The notes under the pieces: model-generated
Seen by the model: only the letters and a program-made list of their open reading frames with translations
Database searches by the model: none
What the model was told of the DNA's origin: nothing
Part shown: piece after piece, positions 34,526 through 44,931 of the stretch
How the letters are laid out: every line of letters starts with the position of its first letter
Numbering within the stretch: the stretch's first letter is position 1
Program-made: the position numbers and the translations under genes
DNA from: an uncultured virus (IMG/VR IMGVR_UViG_3300025287_000001)
Lineage: Duplodnaviria; Heunggongvirae; Uroviricota; Caudoviricetes
DNA: 64,000 nucleotides
IMG/VR virus record: IMGVR_UViG_3300025287_000001
Reading direction: 5' to 3' (one strand)

Positions 34526-35119
34526 TTACTTGCTTGCCCTATTATCTTTGATTGTAACTGTCGGCTTCTTACCACTAACAGGAGTTACCATATTCCCCTC
34601 GACCTTCACAGGATACGGGTAAGCCGTGACCTTTCCTTCAACATAGACAGGAGCTTCTTCGCCATTGACGACGCACCTTACCCATGTAGCAGTAGAGTTC
34701 TTGGAGGCGAAGACACCATTTGGCTCAGGCTGCTCTACGACCGCAGAAGCCATAGAGTGATCATGTGTCGTGCAGGCACTCTTCCACTCTGATTTGAGAG
34801 GGTTTGTCAAAGAAGTATCATAAGGGATAGGAAACCCGATTGAAGGACAGTGACCCTCCACCTCTGATGTATCGCCACGCCAAACGGTATGCGTGGCAAC
34901 CTTCTCATTTCTGGCCCTATAGAGTTGCTTTACGATATCTCTTTCGAGGCTATAGTCAAACCTGGGGACAGGCTGTGCCTTGTTGTAAACTTCTTGCTGC
35001 TGCTCAACCGTCATCTTGTCTTTCTGGTCTGCTGTTGTTTTCTCTGGCTTATACTCGACGCAAGAAGATAAAGCAAAGAGGGCTGCGATAAGTACGATGA
35101 GTGATGTTGTTTTTTTCAT
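34526..35119 (-). CDS. Putative lipoprotein
   Basis: Signal peptide with lipobox-like LSSC; EPNGVF...ATWV.C motif. Confidence 0.75.
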   Translation of the reverse strand: MKKTTSLIVLIAALFALSSCVEYKPEKTTADQKDKMTVEQQQEVYNKAQPVPRFDYSLERDIVKQLYRARNEKVATHTVWRGDTSEVEGHCPSIGFPIPYDTSLTNPLKSEWKSACTTHDHSMASAVVEQPEPNGVFASKNSTATWVRCVVNGEEAPVYVEGKVTAYPYPVKVEGNMVTPVSGKKPTVTIKDNRASK

Positions 35120-35155
35120 ATTATTCTCTTTTTTGTTGTTGGAGCTTTGTGTTGC

Positions 35156-35509
35156 TCAGTATTTGTACTTGGTGCTTTTGATTTTGTTCTGTTCGGCTTC
35201 GTATCTTCTTTCGAGAACTTCTCTTTGTTGCTTCAGACTCTCTTTCACCTTGGGGTCATCTGTCTTGTCAATCTCGGTATTGAGCTTGGCAATGTTAGAC
35301 TCCAGAACAAGAGAAGACTCTTTCCTTGCTTCTTGGTACTGGTGGCTGTGCACGTTAACATTGTGCTCATGCTCTGCCTGATGGGGAGCCCACCACAATT
35401 GAAATGCTGTGCTGCCAAAGAGGACAACCACAAAGAACGCGATTATTAACACAACAGACCCGCCAATGAGGGCCAGTGGCCTGTAGTCAATAGAGTTATT
35501 GTAACTCAT
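35156..35509 (-). CDS. Membrane-anchored coiled-coil protein
   Basis: N-terminal hydrophobic helix, charged tail. Confidence 0.75.
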   Translation of the reverse strand: MSYNNSIDYRPLALIGGSVVLIIAFFVVVLFGSTAFQLWWAPHQAEHEHNVNVHSHQYQEARKESSLVLESNIAKLNTEIDKTDDPKVKESLKQQREVLERRYEAEQNKIKSTKYKY

Positions 35510-35910
35510 ATTTCTTCCTTCACGAAGTCTCCTTCGTCGTTAGAGTAGTAAACGACATTGATGCCGTTCTGTTTTATAACGCTCATGCATATATTGCATG
35601 GTCTAGCGTTAGCTAACTGTCCATTCTTGAGCTTTCTACACACAACAATGTAATCTGCTTTCGAATCATTCTTTCTGCAAGCTCTCTGTTCTGCATGCTG
35701 AGAGAGAGGCAGGAAACAATGATCATACTTGTCATACATTGTTCTTATGTTATCTTTTTGAATGGCGTTATAACTTGTTGGTGATGTCTTCTCTTTGTTG
35801 TAACCAAAACAGAGAAGCTTGGAACCCCTGTAGAGACAAGCAATAAGCTTAAAGCTATTGTCTTCTTCAGGGTGGTTATCGAGTAATCTTATCGCCGTGA
35901 TAGGCGACAC
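35506..35910 (-). CDS. Cytidine/dCMP deaminase-family protein
   Basis: GYN, HAE and PCNIC zinc-binding motifs, VVYYS. Confidence 0.8.
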   Translation of the reverse strand: MSPITAIRLLDNHPEEDNSFKLIACLYRGSKLLCFGYNKEKTSPTSYNAIQKDNIRTMYDKYDHCFLPLSQHAEQRACRKNDSKADYIVVCRKLKNGQLANARPCNICMSVIKQNGINVVYYSNDEGDFVKEEI

Positions 35911-35940
35911 TTCTTACGAAGTGTCATGTGCCCTCCTACT

Positions 35941-36141
35941 CTAGAGATCTTTCCACTTGTTGTAGTTATCATCGAGCCCGAAAGCAGTAAAAAATACAGA
36001 TACGATAGTTGATACTATCAGGTAAATATCAACTCCCGCGTATCCAAAATACATAATTGGAATGAAGCATATACCCACCAAGGTAAAACAAATGATGGAC
36101 AGGACTACAGAAAAGGTGAGAATAAAAGCTAGTTTTCTCAT
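35941..36141 (-). CDS. Small membrane protein
   Basis: Two hydrophobic helices. Confidence 0.7.
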   Translation of the reverse strand: MRKLAFILTFSVVLSIICFTLVGICFIPIMYFGYAGVDIYLIVSTIVSVFFTAFGLDDNYNKWKDL

Positions 36142-36199
36142 TGATTGCTCTCTCTGTTTTTAGGGAAGGTCCAGAAGGGCTGTTGCCCTCGACAATCCA

Positions 36200-36227
36200 A
36201 TTGTAGGCACCGCAGGAGCGCCGTCAA
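36200..36227 (-). promoter_or_regulatory. Sigma70-like promoter
   Basis: TTGACG-N16 (with GTG)-TACAAT. Confidence 0.7.
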
Positions 36228-36390
36228 GGGCCTTGACTAAATTTCTCGGGGTCTGGCTTGGGCTTTTTCTTCTCGCGCCTCTCCCGGCGCTCTCGGGCCT
36301 CCTCATCGGCCACCCACTCGCGTTTCTTGTACCCCGCGAGATAACAGGCACCGCCAAGGAACAGGAGAATAATTGCGAATAGTGCGTAAT

Positions 36391-37350
36391 TCATTTGTTA
36401 TCCTTTTTGCCTTTCTCCAAGAAGTGGTTTCCGCCTCTTCTATAGATATCTTGGTCCGCCCTGGCAAAGGCGAGGGCCTCTTTATGGAATGGCGTAAAAT
36501 CGTGCCGAGATAAGTAGTGACGTGCGTGGCCTATGTCTTGAAGCCATGAGATATGATCCTTAAGAACTCTCTTTCTAGCCTCTTCGTGAGATGCTTCCTT
36601 GAACCTTCTAAGCATCTCAGCCATGTGACGTTCTACCTTGAGCCAGTTATCCTTCCAGGCAATAGAAAACTCTACATTCTGTCTGGCGAACGTGTGGATC
36701 TGCATTTCGATAAAATCCCACGGGTCAGGGTTTACCATAGCAGATTTGCGCATCTCTACAAGGGTCTGAAAAAGCCTCCAGCTACTATTTGTTCTCCTTC
36801 CTTCCTTGTCTGTAGAATCATGAATAAGGTTCTCGATAAGGTAGGCAAGCACCCCATGGTCTCGGCTTGGAGGAGTGTACTTCTTGATGCTTTCTTCTAT
36901 TCTGTAGTCAAAAAACCTATCTACCCATATCTCGAACGGAAATGATTTCTCTCTTATCTCGGGCATCACCATATAGATGTATGCCTCTGATGCAGTCGCT
37001 ACTTCATACTCGTTATCGCACATCTTCTTGTGCCACTTGCAAAAATTATTTTCATATTGATATTGCATTGTGGCAACGTGCAGTATTTCATGCAGCATGT
37101 GCAGATCGTGGATGGTATTGTTCTCGTACTCCCTCCACTGAACGCAGCCCATCCAGGCAAGGAAGTGGTGTCTCTCTATATCACCCGAAGGTTCGTAGAA
37201 TATAACCGGCCTCTTCTTTAGCTTGTTGAAGACATAAGCCAGGTAAGAATCAGGGTTTTTCACCTCATTTCTAAATTCTTCTGTCAGAAATATCCTCTCG
37301 AGAAGATCATCAAACTCTTTTTCTTCTGTTACGATTGTAAGATTTTTCAT
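36391..37350 (-). CDS. Hypothetical protein with HEXXH motif
   Basis: LHEILH followed by ENEYEVATASE-like acidic motif. Confidence 0.75.
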   Translation of the reverse strand: MKNLTIVTEEKEFDDLLERIFLTEEFRNEVKNPDSYLAYVFNKLKKRPVIFYEPSGDIERHHFLAWMGCVQWREYENNTIHDLHMLHEILHVATMQYQYENNFCKWHKKMCDNEYEVATASEAYIYMVMPEIREKSFPFEIWVDRFFDYRIEESIKKYTPPSRDHGVLAYLIENLIHDSTDKEGRRTNSSWRLFQTLVEMRKSAMVNPDPWDFIEMQIHTFARQNVEFSIAWKDNWLKVERHMAEMLRRFKEASHEEARKRVLKDHISWLQDIGHARHYLSRHDFTPFHKEALAFARADQDIYRRGGNHFLEKGKKDNK

Positions 37351-37363
37351 TTAGCTATGCCTA

Positions 37364-37846
37364 TTACTCGTCGTCATAATCCCAAGAGTCACCAGAAACA
37401 GGATCATACCTGTATCCATAAGGACCCCTCCGCACTTCTTTTTCGACTTCTTCTCTGAGTCTCCCATAAGGGCGACTTCTCTCTATCATCTCTCTATAAA
37501 ATTGTCTCTCGAAATCCTCTGTTATAGCATCTGCTACTTCGCGAGTTGTGGTATCTGCTACTTCGCGAGTGGGCTTCTCTCTTAACTCTCGAAGGCTCTC
37601 GGCACAAATCCTTTCGATTTTCTCTAGCTCATTGGAGGTCTTTCTTGTTTTGTCGGCGTGATCCCTTAGGGACTCCGAACTCACTTCGCCAATATTAACC
37701 TCATCATCGAAAAGGAACTGCCCATCATCGGTGATGCTGATGTTGTAACCACCCTCGATGGAGAAAGATACTCCATACTCACTCAAGGAAATGATATCGA
37801 GGCCTACTTCCCTAGACAATTGATTTGCTATCTTTGACAACTTCAT
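37364..37846 (-). CDS. Hypothetical protein
   Basis: MKLSKI start; internal TREVAD duplication. Confidence 0.75.
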   Translation of the reverse strand: MKLSKIANQLSREVGLDIISLSEYGVSFSIEGGYNISITDDGQFLFDDEVNIGEVSSESLRDHADKTRKTSNELEKIERICAESLRELREKPTREVADTTTREVADAITEDFERQFYREMIERSRPYGRLREEVEKEVRRGPYGYRYDPVSGDSWDYDDE

Positions 37847-38945
37847 TGTCTTCACCTTTGGTGTTCTGTGTTTGTTCTTGCTGTACCCTGGAAACTCTTT
37901 CTCTGGCCTCGATTAGATCGCCCAAGCCGTTGATAGCCTCTTTCAGCCCCTCAACTGTAACCCTTCTCTTGAACTCGTTGATATACACAACAGGCAATTC
38001 TCTGAGAAGATCTTTTGCCTCATCTGGGACTCCTTCGAGCATTGAAGCCAGGACCTCTTCATCCATCTCTTTGACTTCAATAATTTTGTCAAATCTATCT
38101 GGCCTCAACAATGCGAAGTTTAGCTTCTCCAAGTTGTTAACAGTGACAAAGATATTGGCGTTGGTTGCCCTTATCTCTTCCCATGTCTTGACAACACCCT
38201 TGGAGGCTTTACTGTGGTCCAAATCCTCTATGATAATTGCGCTGGGGCAGAATATCTTGAGTAGCTTGGGAAAATCAATGTCGCTCGCTGCTGCCTCTGG
38301 CGTTAACCTGAGGCTCATGCCCCCAAGGCCCGAGACCGCATGCCTTGCTGCATAACTCTTGCCTGTGCCTGATTCTCCGCAAAGCAACACGGCTCTGCTA
38401 AAGCTGTGCTGGTTGTACTTCTTCACGTAAGATATAAGATCTGTGGCAAGCTTACTGGTCTTGCTATCTGTCAAGTAATCTTCACGGAGAACGATGCCAT
38501 ACTTTGACTTGTAATCAATTAAGACGCTATGCCCAAGCTGTTCCCATAAGAACTTGCCAACAACCATGTTAAGCTCTTTATCAGTAACTTCGGGCTTTAC
38601 CCAAGGCCCCGATATCCAAGAGCTATAATAAGAATAGCACAATTCTATGCCATCTATGTTAAAGGTATATCTCATACAATCATCTGTTTCAATGAATGTG
38701 CAGTCCTTATGATGATCCTTGAGGCGATACGCGAAGATATAGTTTACCTCTCCTAGATCTCTCTTCTCGAAGCCTCTCGCGTCAAAGTCTCTATTGTTAA
38801 AGTCCTTGATATCTTTAACAATATCAGGAGTGCCCATGAAGCCTGCTGCTGCGGCTGCCCAAGGTCCTTTCTCGAAGGCAGCCGCAGCAGATGCGGCTGA
38901 TGCGACAATCTTAAGTCCAATTTTGGCCAAGTCAAGTTTACTCAT
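37812..38945 (-). CDS. AAA+ ATPase
   Basis: GESGTGKS, IIIEDLD, TVNN, LLRPDRFD. Confidence 0.88.
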   Translation of the reverse strand: MSKLDLAKIGLKIVASAASAAAAFEKGPWAAAAAGFMGTPDIVKDIKDFNNRDFDARGFEKRDLGEVNYIFAYRLKDHHKDCTFIETDDCMRYTFNIDGIELCYSYYSSWISGPWVKPEVTDKELNMVVGKFLWEQLGHSVLIDYKSKYGIVLREDYLTDSKTSKLATDLISYVKKYNQHSFSRAVLLCGESGTGKSYAARHAVSGLGGMSLRLTPEAAASDIDFPKLLKIFCPSAIIIEDLDHSKASKGVVKTWEEIRATNANIFVTVNNLEKLNFALLRPDRFDKIIEVKEMDEEVLASMLEGVPDEAKDLLRELPVVYINEFKRRVTVEGLKEAINGLGDLIEARERVSRVQQEQTQNTKGEDNEVVKDSKSIV

Positions 38946-39205
38946 TACCTTTCCACGTTTTTATAGAACACCATAAGGTTATTTCTTACATTCTTTACTG
39001 CTCTGTCGCCATAAAACCATATAGAGCAATTGCCAAGCTTGAGTAAATCATCATGATCAGACGGGCGATCCTCGTTAAAGAGGAATCGCCACATCTCCAG
39101 GGAAGTCTTATTCCACCCGTCAGTCCAGTCTGTCAAGAATAGTCCTGCGACAACACCAGTGGCTCCGCTTCTTTCATCTAGCTTGACTCTATCGAAGGCC
39201 TCCAT
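38945..39205 (-). CDS. Hypothetical protein
   Basis: 86 aa, TAATG overlap. Confidence 0.65.
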   Translation of the reverse strand: MEAFDRVKLDERSGATGVVAGLFLTDWTDGWNKTSLEMWRFLFNEDRPSDHDDLLKLGNCSIWFYGDRAVKNVRNNLMVFYKNVER

Positions 39206-39847
39206 CTACTTTCCTTTGATGTAGTTCTCTGTGAAACCTTCCTCTTGCTTCTTGAGTGCTCCCATTGGCGGAAGAACAATAAAAAACAAGATAATGATCG
39301 TAACAACTAGTGATACAAGCCCTCCAACGGCAGAAGCTGTGAGCACACCTTCAGGAGTGGTTAAATTGCTTGCCTTTGCGAAAGAACACACAGTAGCAAG
39401 CATCTGGGCAAAGGCATTAACGCCGAGCATCCCCCAGTATATCCTTTTAAAGTATGAAAGAGATGCCAAATCGACGATAAAGAGCTTGCCTACCTCTTTG
39501 AGGATGAAGTTGCTGAGGTATATGAGGAGACAGAGCGCAAGCCCTGTCCCGACAAGTTGCCAGGATGAATTAGGAAACTCTCTGGCTATATCTATCGCGG
39601 CGAACACGGAAAAGGCAGAGAAGAAGAGCACATGGTCTCTTAACTCTTCAACATAATCAATTCTAGAGAACATCTCTCTAAGGGTTTTAGAATCTTTGGG
39701 TATTGCTTCGTCTGTCATGTTTATTACTCTTGTGTTGTATTTTGGCACTGGTGCGGGTTGAGGATCTGGGTTTCTGGGCTTGCCGCTAGGATTAGGTTGA
39801 TGATTCTTCACTATTCTCTTATCCCTTGCATCGAGATAAGCTCCCAT
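39206..39847 (-). CDS. Multi-pass membrane protein
   Basis: About four hydrophobic segments. Confidence 0.75.
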   Translation of the reverse strand: MGAYLDARDKRIVKNHQPNPSGKPRNPDPQPAPVPKYNTRVINMTDEAIPKDSKTLREMFSRIDYVEELRDHVLFFSAFSVFAAIDIAREFPNSSWQLVGTGLALCLLIYLSNFILKEVGKLFIVDLASLSYFKRIYWGMLGVNAFAQMLATVCSFAKASNLTTPEGVLTASAVGGLVSLVVTIIILFFIVLPPMGALKKQEEGFTENYIKGK

Positions 39848-40026
39848 GGCCTATAATAGCCAATGGTGTATCCTGCGATAACACCCTGCGCGAAGAGAGC
39901 GAGTCTCATGATTGGGTAGGCATCGTAAAAGTTTGTGGATAGCAGCACAATAAGAGGTGCTGTAATTGATGCCCACGCAAGACCAAGGACAAGAAGGAAG
40001 GCATTTTCTTTGGTTCTGTTATTCAT
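39811..40026 (-). CDS. Small membrane protein
   Basis: Two hydrophobic segments. Confidence 0.6.
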   Translation of the reverse strand: MNNRTKENAFLLVLGLAWASITAPLIVLLSTNFYDAYPIMRLALFAQGVIAGYTIGYYRPWELISMQGIRE

Positions 40027-40589
40027 TTTTTACCTACTATTGTTATTTTGTCCTCTATTGCCGTCAGCTTGTAAAGCTTTCGCCCGCTAGACCTCGCCCG
40101 CCAATCCAATATCCATGAAGGTGTTGTCTCTCTGTGATCTACGAAAGTAACATCACCTTTGGCTTTAAACTCGAATGCTTTAGAGTGCCTACAGATCCAT
40201 ACAGGTACTTCATTTAGGACGGGGTATTTGAAGTAGTAAACAACCTTACTACGATCCCCAAAAATAGTACTTCTCTCTTCCAGGGCCTTGAATACCGGAT
40301 TGAAGAGATTGTCTCTTGCTTCGTAGTATTCATAGATATCTTTGTTGTTGTCGTAATACTTCAAGCTATAGCGATCGACAGGAACCAAGCCTATAACGAG
40401 ATTATCTTCATCAAAAGAGATCACCCAATAAAGCTCGGAAAAAATATTAAAGTTTTCCTTGTTTATGACGTTAAACCTGTATTGCGGCTCTAAGCTCTCG
40501 CTAAATTTCTTTGTTATTAACTCAACAAGTACAGGCGTGGCAGGTGTTGCGGCCTTGAGTAATTCAACTACTTCTTCTGTGGCCCTCAT
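40023..40589 (-). CDS. Hypothetical protein
   Basis: 188 aa, GAGGA RBS. Confidence 0.75.
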   Translation of the reverse strand: MRATEEVVELLKAATPATPVLVELITKKFSESLEPQYRFNVINKENFNIFSELYWVISFDEDNLVIGLVPVDRYSLKYYDNNKDIYEYYEARDNLFNPVFKALEERSTIFGDRSKVVYYFKYPVLNEVPVWICRHSKAFEFKAKGDVTFVDHRETTPSWILDWRARSSGRKLYKLTAIEDKITIVGKK

Positions 40590-40596
40590 TCTTTCC

Positions 40597-40944
40597 TCAG
40601 CAGTCTTGCATAACAGTAAAGAAGCACGGCTCTCCGGTCACTTCAATGATCTTGTCGAGAGGAAAGTCTTTAAACTTTTCTCGAAACTCTTTAGGCCAGT
40701 CTTTCTTCTCGACCCCTTTCTTGATGTTGTCAAGGGTCTCGGCAAGAGATTGTGTCGAGTCATCTTGAAGGCTCGCAACGTGAAGGCTAAGGACGTAAGA
40801 CTCGGCGTCTTCCTTGCCAGAATAATCAGCTTTCTGGAGGATGTCTTCCATGAAGGGGTGCTTTTGAATGAGCTTCTCTTTCTCATTTCCCCAATTGTTT
40901 TCGCAAAGAACGATACCAAACTCTAATTGAAGGTAGCACTGCAT
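40597..40944 (-). CDS. Hypothetical protein (MQCYLQ)
   Basis: AAGGA RBS, downstream of promoter 41009-41036. Confidence 0.7.
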   Translation of the reverse strand: MQCYLQLEFGIVLCENNWGNEKEKLIQKHPFMEDILQKADYSGKEDAESYVLSLHVASLQDDSTQSLAETLDNIKKGVEKKDWPKEFREKFKDFPLDKIIEVTGEPCFFTVMQDC

Positions 40945-41008
40945 TTTTCTTCCTTGTCTTTCGTTGTAGTTTTGCTTGCCAGGGCGCGATGCCCTCGACT
41001 CAGGCTTA

Positions 41009-41036
41009 ATCTTATGCACGCTGCAACACCAGTCAA
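41009..41036 (-). promoter_or_regulatory. Sigma70-like promoter flanked by a 14-bp inverted repeat
   Basis: TTGACT-N16 (with GTG)-TAAGAT; IR arms 40982-40995 and 41065-41078. Confidence 0.65.
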
Positions 41037-41062
41037 GGCGAAATGCGCGTTTTTGGTGCCGC

Positions 41063-42548
41063 TCAGGGCATCGCGCCCAAGATAGGGCGCAAAGAGGATA
41101 TATACCACAAGAAAGAGCCCGCCTCACGAGGGCTTAGTTCCCAAAGAGGCCTCAAGTCACGATCAGCGTATTGTATAGAGTAGTGATCGTAAAATTCTTG
41201 TATAAATATTCTGTTGTCACCGGGAGACTTATATGTCTCTCTCGCCACCCGTTCTTCCAGAGCGTATAAGCAATGTTCAAAGATGCTCGAATTTATTGTC
41301 ACCATAAAGCCCTGTCTCCACAAGCCATTAAGAATAAAAGATGGTTGCCACAGATATTTCCATAATATTGCGCGATTTGTTCCTCGACAGGCACCTTGGC
41401 AGGATATTGATACATGCTGACGCCAGTATGCTCTATTATGAGATCGTATCTCTTGTCTTTAGGGTCGCGCGCCACGGAGCTTCTGTAATGATTCTTAATT
41501 TTATATATTTCATCGTTTCCGCATACATTGTGATATAAAACAGAAAGAAAACTCACCATAGCATCATCTCGTATGTCAAGAGTCTGTAGTAAAAAGTTCC
41601 TTTAAAGATAAAACCGGAGAGGTCATTCTTGAACTCAGGACTACACTTGTTTCTTCGCCAACGCCATATTTCATCGTACCCGCCCGAAGCTATATCCCAT
41701 TCTCCCGTATACCTATTATCCTTATTATCTTCAGACAATTCTCTCGTAATGGTATTATGGAGTCTTTTATGAAGCCCTATCCTCGTTCTCACTATTCTTA
41801 TCACAGGAATCCTATGGGTATTTTTATAAGCTTACTCAGGTAAATTTTCTGCTACCCTCTCCAAAGAAAGCCTTGGTTGGCTGGCCCATCGCGCCTGCAT
41901 AGGTGAGGGGCGCACTCAAGCGAAAAGTTGTTAATTCTATTATCGTGATGATTGTAATTTATCTCAGCAGCCATTACGTCTGCAAGTCGCTGAAAAGGAA
42001 AACTCTCTAGAAACTGCATCCCTCTTAGATCAATCATTTTGCCTACTTTTTTAGCAGAAAAGGTTTTATGAAAAAGTACATTTGCTGAGAACAACCAAAA
42101 AGATGCACGTGCGAAGTTTTGATCCCTGCCGGGGCTGAGTTGCGCGAGTACATGTAAGAGATAGGATAATACCTACTATCATTCCTATCGTTGGCTATCG
42201 ACCATCGCACGACGTTAATCCAGTTGGTTTCTTTAAAAAAGGGCTGCACTGTGTGGATTATTATCGCTGCATTATACCCGATCATTATAGCAAATTGCAG
42301 AAGACAATATTTCGAATCGAAGCAGGAACTAGAGCCTCTCTGGTCATCCTCGGGTCAACCTGAAAAGAGTTCCGAACCCAGTAACCGAGGATAGCACTAA
42401 TCCTTATATCATCCAGATCCTTTGCTATCCTGAGTCGTATACTGTTCCAATGGCCTATCATGTTTTCACCATCCAGCTTCAGATTGTCCTCGCCTCGATC
42501 CGACAGGCAAGACCCCAGGACAAGTATACCAGTATCAGAGTATATCAT
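41063..42548 (-). other. Cluster of six small coupled ORFs resembling the array family (41063-41305, 41299-41559, 41553-41804, 41852-42037, 42043-42285, 42285-42548)
   Basis: MI/MV starts, 60-90 aa, overlapping or adjacent stop/start codons. Confidence 0.55.
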
Positions 42549-42967
42549 TATCCTGGCACCTTATAAGCTGTGCTAGCTGCCCTCAAGAACTCTCGCCTGC
42601 CCTTTACAGAAGACACATCAAGCTTATCAAACTCCCTGAAGACTCGAACAGCATTGTGATATCTATTCGTTTCTTTACTACTGGAGCCTGTTAGTAGTGA
42701 CTTGTTACACATCACGAGAAGTTGCTCTCTTAGATCCTCTCTTATGATACTCTTTAGTCTTAGGTAATATTCGAAATCAGTTTCAGGCTTCTCGTATGTT
42801 ACGACAATGCCGCCGCTGGCGTGGAAGTCGTAAGACTTTATAGAATCGCCAAGATCATCAAGAATTTTGTGGTATTCTTGCGTTGTTATTGTCATCTTAT
42901 CAGGGTAGTAATGCTCCCTTCTCACAACTTTATCTCGTGCCGGAAGTTCTTTCTTACTGTTCTTCAT
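42548..42967 (-). CDS. Hypothetical protein
   Basis: MKNSKK start; could extend to TTG 43003. Confidence 0.7.
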   Translation of the reverse strand: MKNSKKELPARDKVVRREHYYPDKMTITTQEYHKILDDLGDSIKSYDFHASGGIVVTYEKPETDFEYYLRLKSIIREDLREQLLVMCNKSLLTGSSSKETNRYHNAVRVFREFDKLDVSSVKGRREFLRAASTAYKVPG

Positions 42968-43790
42968 GTCGGCTTTTTCTCTGGCTTCTTTTCTTGTTGT
43001 CAAACTTTATCATGCTATAGAGGCCTGACAATGCCTCGGAGATCTCATCTAAATCGTCTTCTATCGGCATCCCTTCCTCTTCTGCATCTTCTAGCATTGA
43101 ATTTATGTTCTTCTCTGCTTCTTGTACTAAGAGCGTAAATCCCTGGTTTAGGACTGGCATGTGCTTATCGTAATCCTGTATGACTTTTCTAGGCTCTTCA
43201 ACAGCATCATTAATTTTACCAATGAGATCAGTCCATTTTTGCCTTCTTTCAGGGCCTTCGGGTGAGATATCGTTCTCTAAAACATACTCGACCTCTTCCT
43301 GAATAAAATCAAACTCCCTCAAGGCACGGTCAGCCATAACAAGGTCTGACAAAGCGTAGTTACCGATATTAACACCCCTGCTCCCGGTAAGCGCTCTGAA
43401 CAATTGGATATGTTCTAATATTTCTTTCTTGTTAGCAACTACTGCCCTCGGGTCTTTTTCTTGCGCCGCAAAGACAATAGGCTTGTGGTATTCGGTGTGG
43501 AATTTTTCGAAAGACTCTGCTCCACTCTTAAGCTTCTCTGCGGCTTCCAGCAAAGAACTTTGGATCACTCTAAAGTCTTCATAAGAAGATCTGTTAATGC
43601 TGGGTTCTTCTGAAGCAATCTGGTCCTCGGGCAAATCTGCCAAGCTTACTATCCACTTAACTGCGCCAGAATTGGCAATCTTGCCCAACATAGAGGCTGA
43701 TGTATAAAGCATGTTGTACACATCTTCCATGTTATCGTTAAAATTGCCAATATGATCATATGCTTCTTTTAGGAATCTTACCTTTATCAT
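42954..43790 (-). CDS. Hypothetical acidic helical protein, possibly virion-associated
   Basis: 278 aa, N-terminal FLKE. Confidence 0.75.
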   Translation of the reverse strand: MIKVRFLKEAYDHIGNFNDNMEDVYNMLYTSASMLGKIANSGAVKWIVSLADLPEDQIASEEPSINRSSYEDFRVIQSSLLEAAEKLKSGAESFEKFHTEYHKPIVFAAQEKDPRAVVANKKEILEHIQLFRALTGSRGVNIGNYALSDLVMADRALREFDFIQEEVEYVLENDISPEGPERRQKWTDLIGKINDAVEEPRKVIQDYDKHMPVLNQGFTLLVQEAEKNINSMLEDAEEEGMPIEDDLDEISEALSGLYSMIKFDNKKRSQRKSRHEEQ

Positions 43791-44716
43791 TCTTCATCTC
43801 GCATCATTGTTATGATAAACTTCTCGTAAATGGAATAGGAATTATCATAAGCTTTTTTGTATAGTTCTCTTAGTTCATCAAAGAAGCCCTTGTTGCGCAA
43901 GACCTTATAGGTAAGGTTCTCCACGCTCATTTCACCATCATCTTCCAGGCCTTCTTCTCTTTTCCTCTTGATGGTCTTTTTTAGTGGCTCGATAAGGGAA
44001 ACAACTTTCTTGTAGTTGCCTTCTTCGAAGATCCTCTTTATGTGAGAAGACTGCCTTTCGTATGCCTCGACCTTTTTTCTTATTGTATCTATGGGCATCG
44101 TGCTCTCAGGACTCGCTGTGGGCATTGTAATCCACTCGTTTTCCATAAGGCTATACTTACCCTCGGAAACCTCTGTAGCGTCTGAGAATTGGATATATAG
44201 CTCTAATTCGTGCCCATAGAAGAAGATATCGTGCTCTATATTCCATTCGAGCTTCTTTAAAGCAAAGTAATCTTCGAGCAAATCCTTTCTACTGGTATCG
44301 TTAACACTGACAACAAGGTGGATGTCAATATCTGACAACCTATGCCAGTAATACGAAGCATTGCTCCCGACCAAAGTAACATCTTCAAGGGAACCTTCTA
44401 TTTCCAGTTCCAAAAATAGTTCCTTAGCCAGCTTCAGCGAGCCCTCCAAGATGTCAGGTTTTAGTTGCTTTTCCCTCGTGAAGATAGCCGGATTAAGAGT
44501 TTCTTTTGGTTGGAGCATGGCTACTTCATCTTTTATTGATTCTCCGATTGGGCCAACAGGACCGAAACCAGGAGGGGCGCTCTTACCACGCTTCCAATCA
44601 ACTCTGTCTTCATCTCCAGACATAAGGTGTGGGTTCACCCCCTTGCCCAGGAGCTTCTTTTTGCCAGCTTCATACTCCTTGACATTAACATTTTCAAACA
44701 TGTCTTCGAACTTCAT
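43787..44716 (-). CDS. Nucleotidyltransferase (Pol beta superfamily)
   Basis: GSNASYYW...SDIDIH, ELELYIQ, ENLTYKVLR. Confidence 0.82.
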   Translation of the reverse strand: MKFEDMFENVNVKEYEAGKKKLLGKGVNPHLMSGDEDRVDWKRGKSAPPGFGPVGPIGESIKDEVAMLQPKETLNPAIFTREKQLKPDILEGSLKLAKELFLELEIEGSLEDVTLVGSNASYYWHRLSDIDIHLVVSVNDTSRKDLLEDYFALKKLEWNIEHDIFFYGHELELYIQFSDATEVSEGKYSLMENEWITMPTASPESTMPIDTIRKKVEAYERQSSHIKRIFEEGNYKKVVSLIEPLKKTIKRKREEGLEDDGEMSVENLTYKVLRNKGFFDELRELYKKAYDNSYSIYEKFIITMMRDEE

Positions 44717-44931
44717 AACTGCTGCCTCATGTATTTCCTTAGTATATCCTCAGCCCTCTTCAACTCTTCTAGATTTTCTTCAATAAGCTTCATCTCCAGG
44801 CTTCTGTAGTATTCGGGACTGCCACGCTGAAGGAGCACGTTCCAATCGTACTTATATACGGATTTGGCGAAAGAATGGAGCTTTTTCACGGCAACTTTCA
44901 CCACCTCTCTCGCAGATTTTATCGTAAGCAT
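44713..44931 (-). CDS. Hypothetical protein
   Basis: ATGA overlap with downstream gene; start uncertain. Confidence 0.5.
   Translation of the reverse strand: MLTIKSAREVVKVAVKKLHSFAKSVYKYDWNVLLQRGSPEYYRSLEMKLIEENLEELKRAEDILRKYMRQQL

Noticed and set aside
37529..37570. Short direct repeat encoding TREVAD twice
   Set aside because: Simple in-frame duplication within a hypothetical protein
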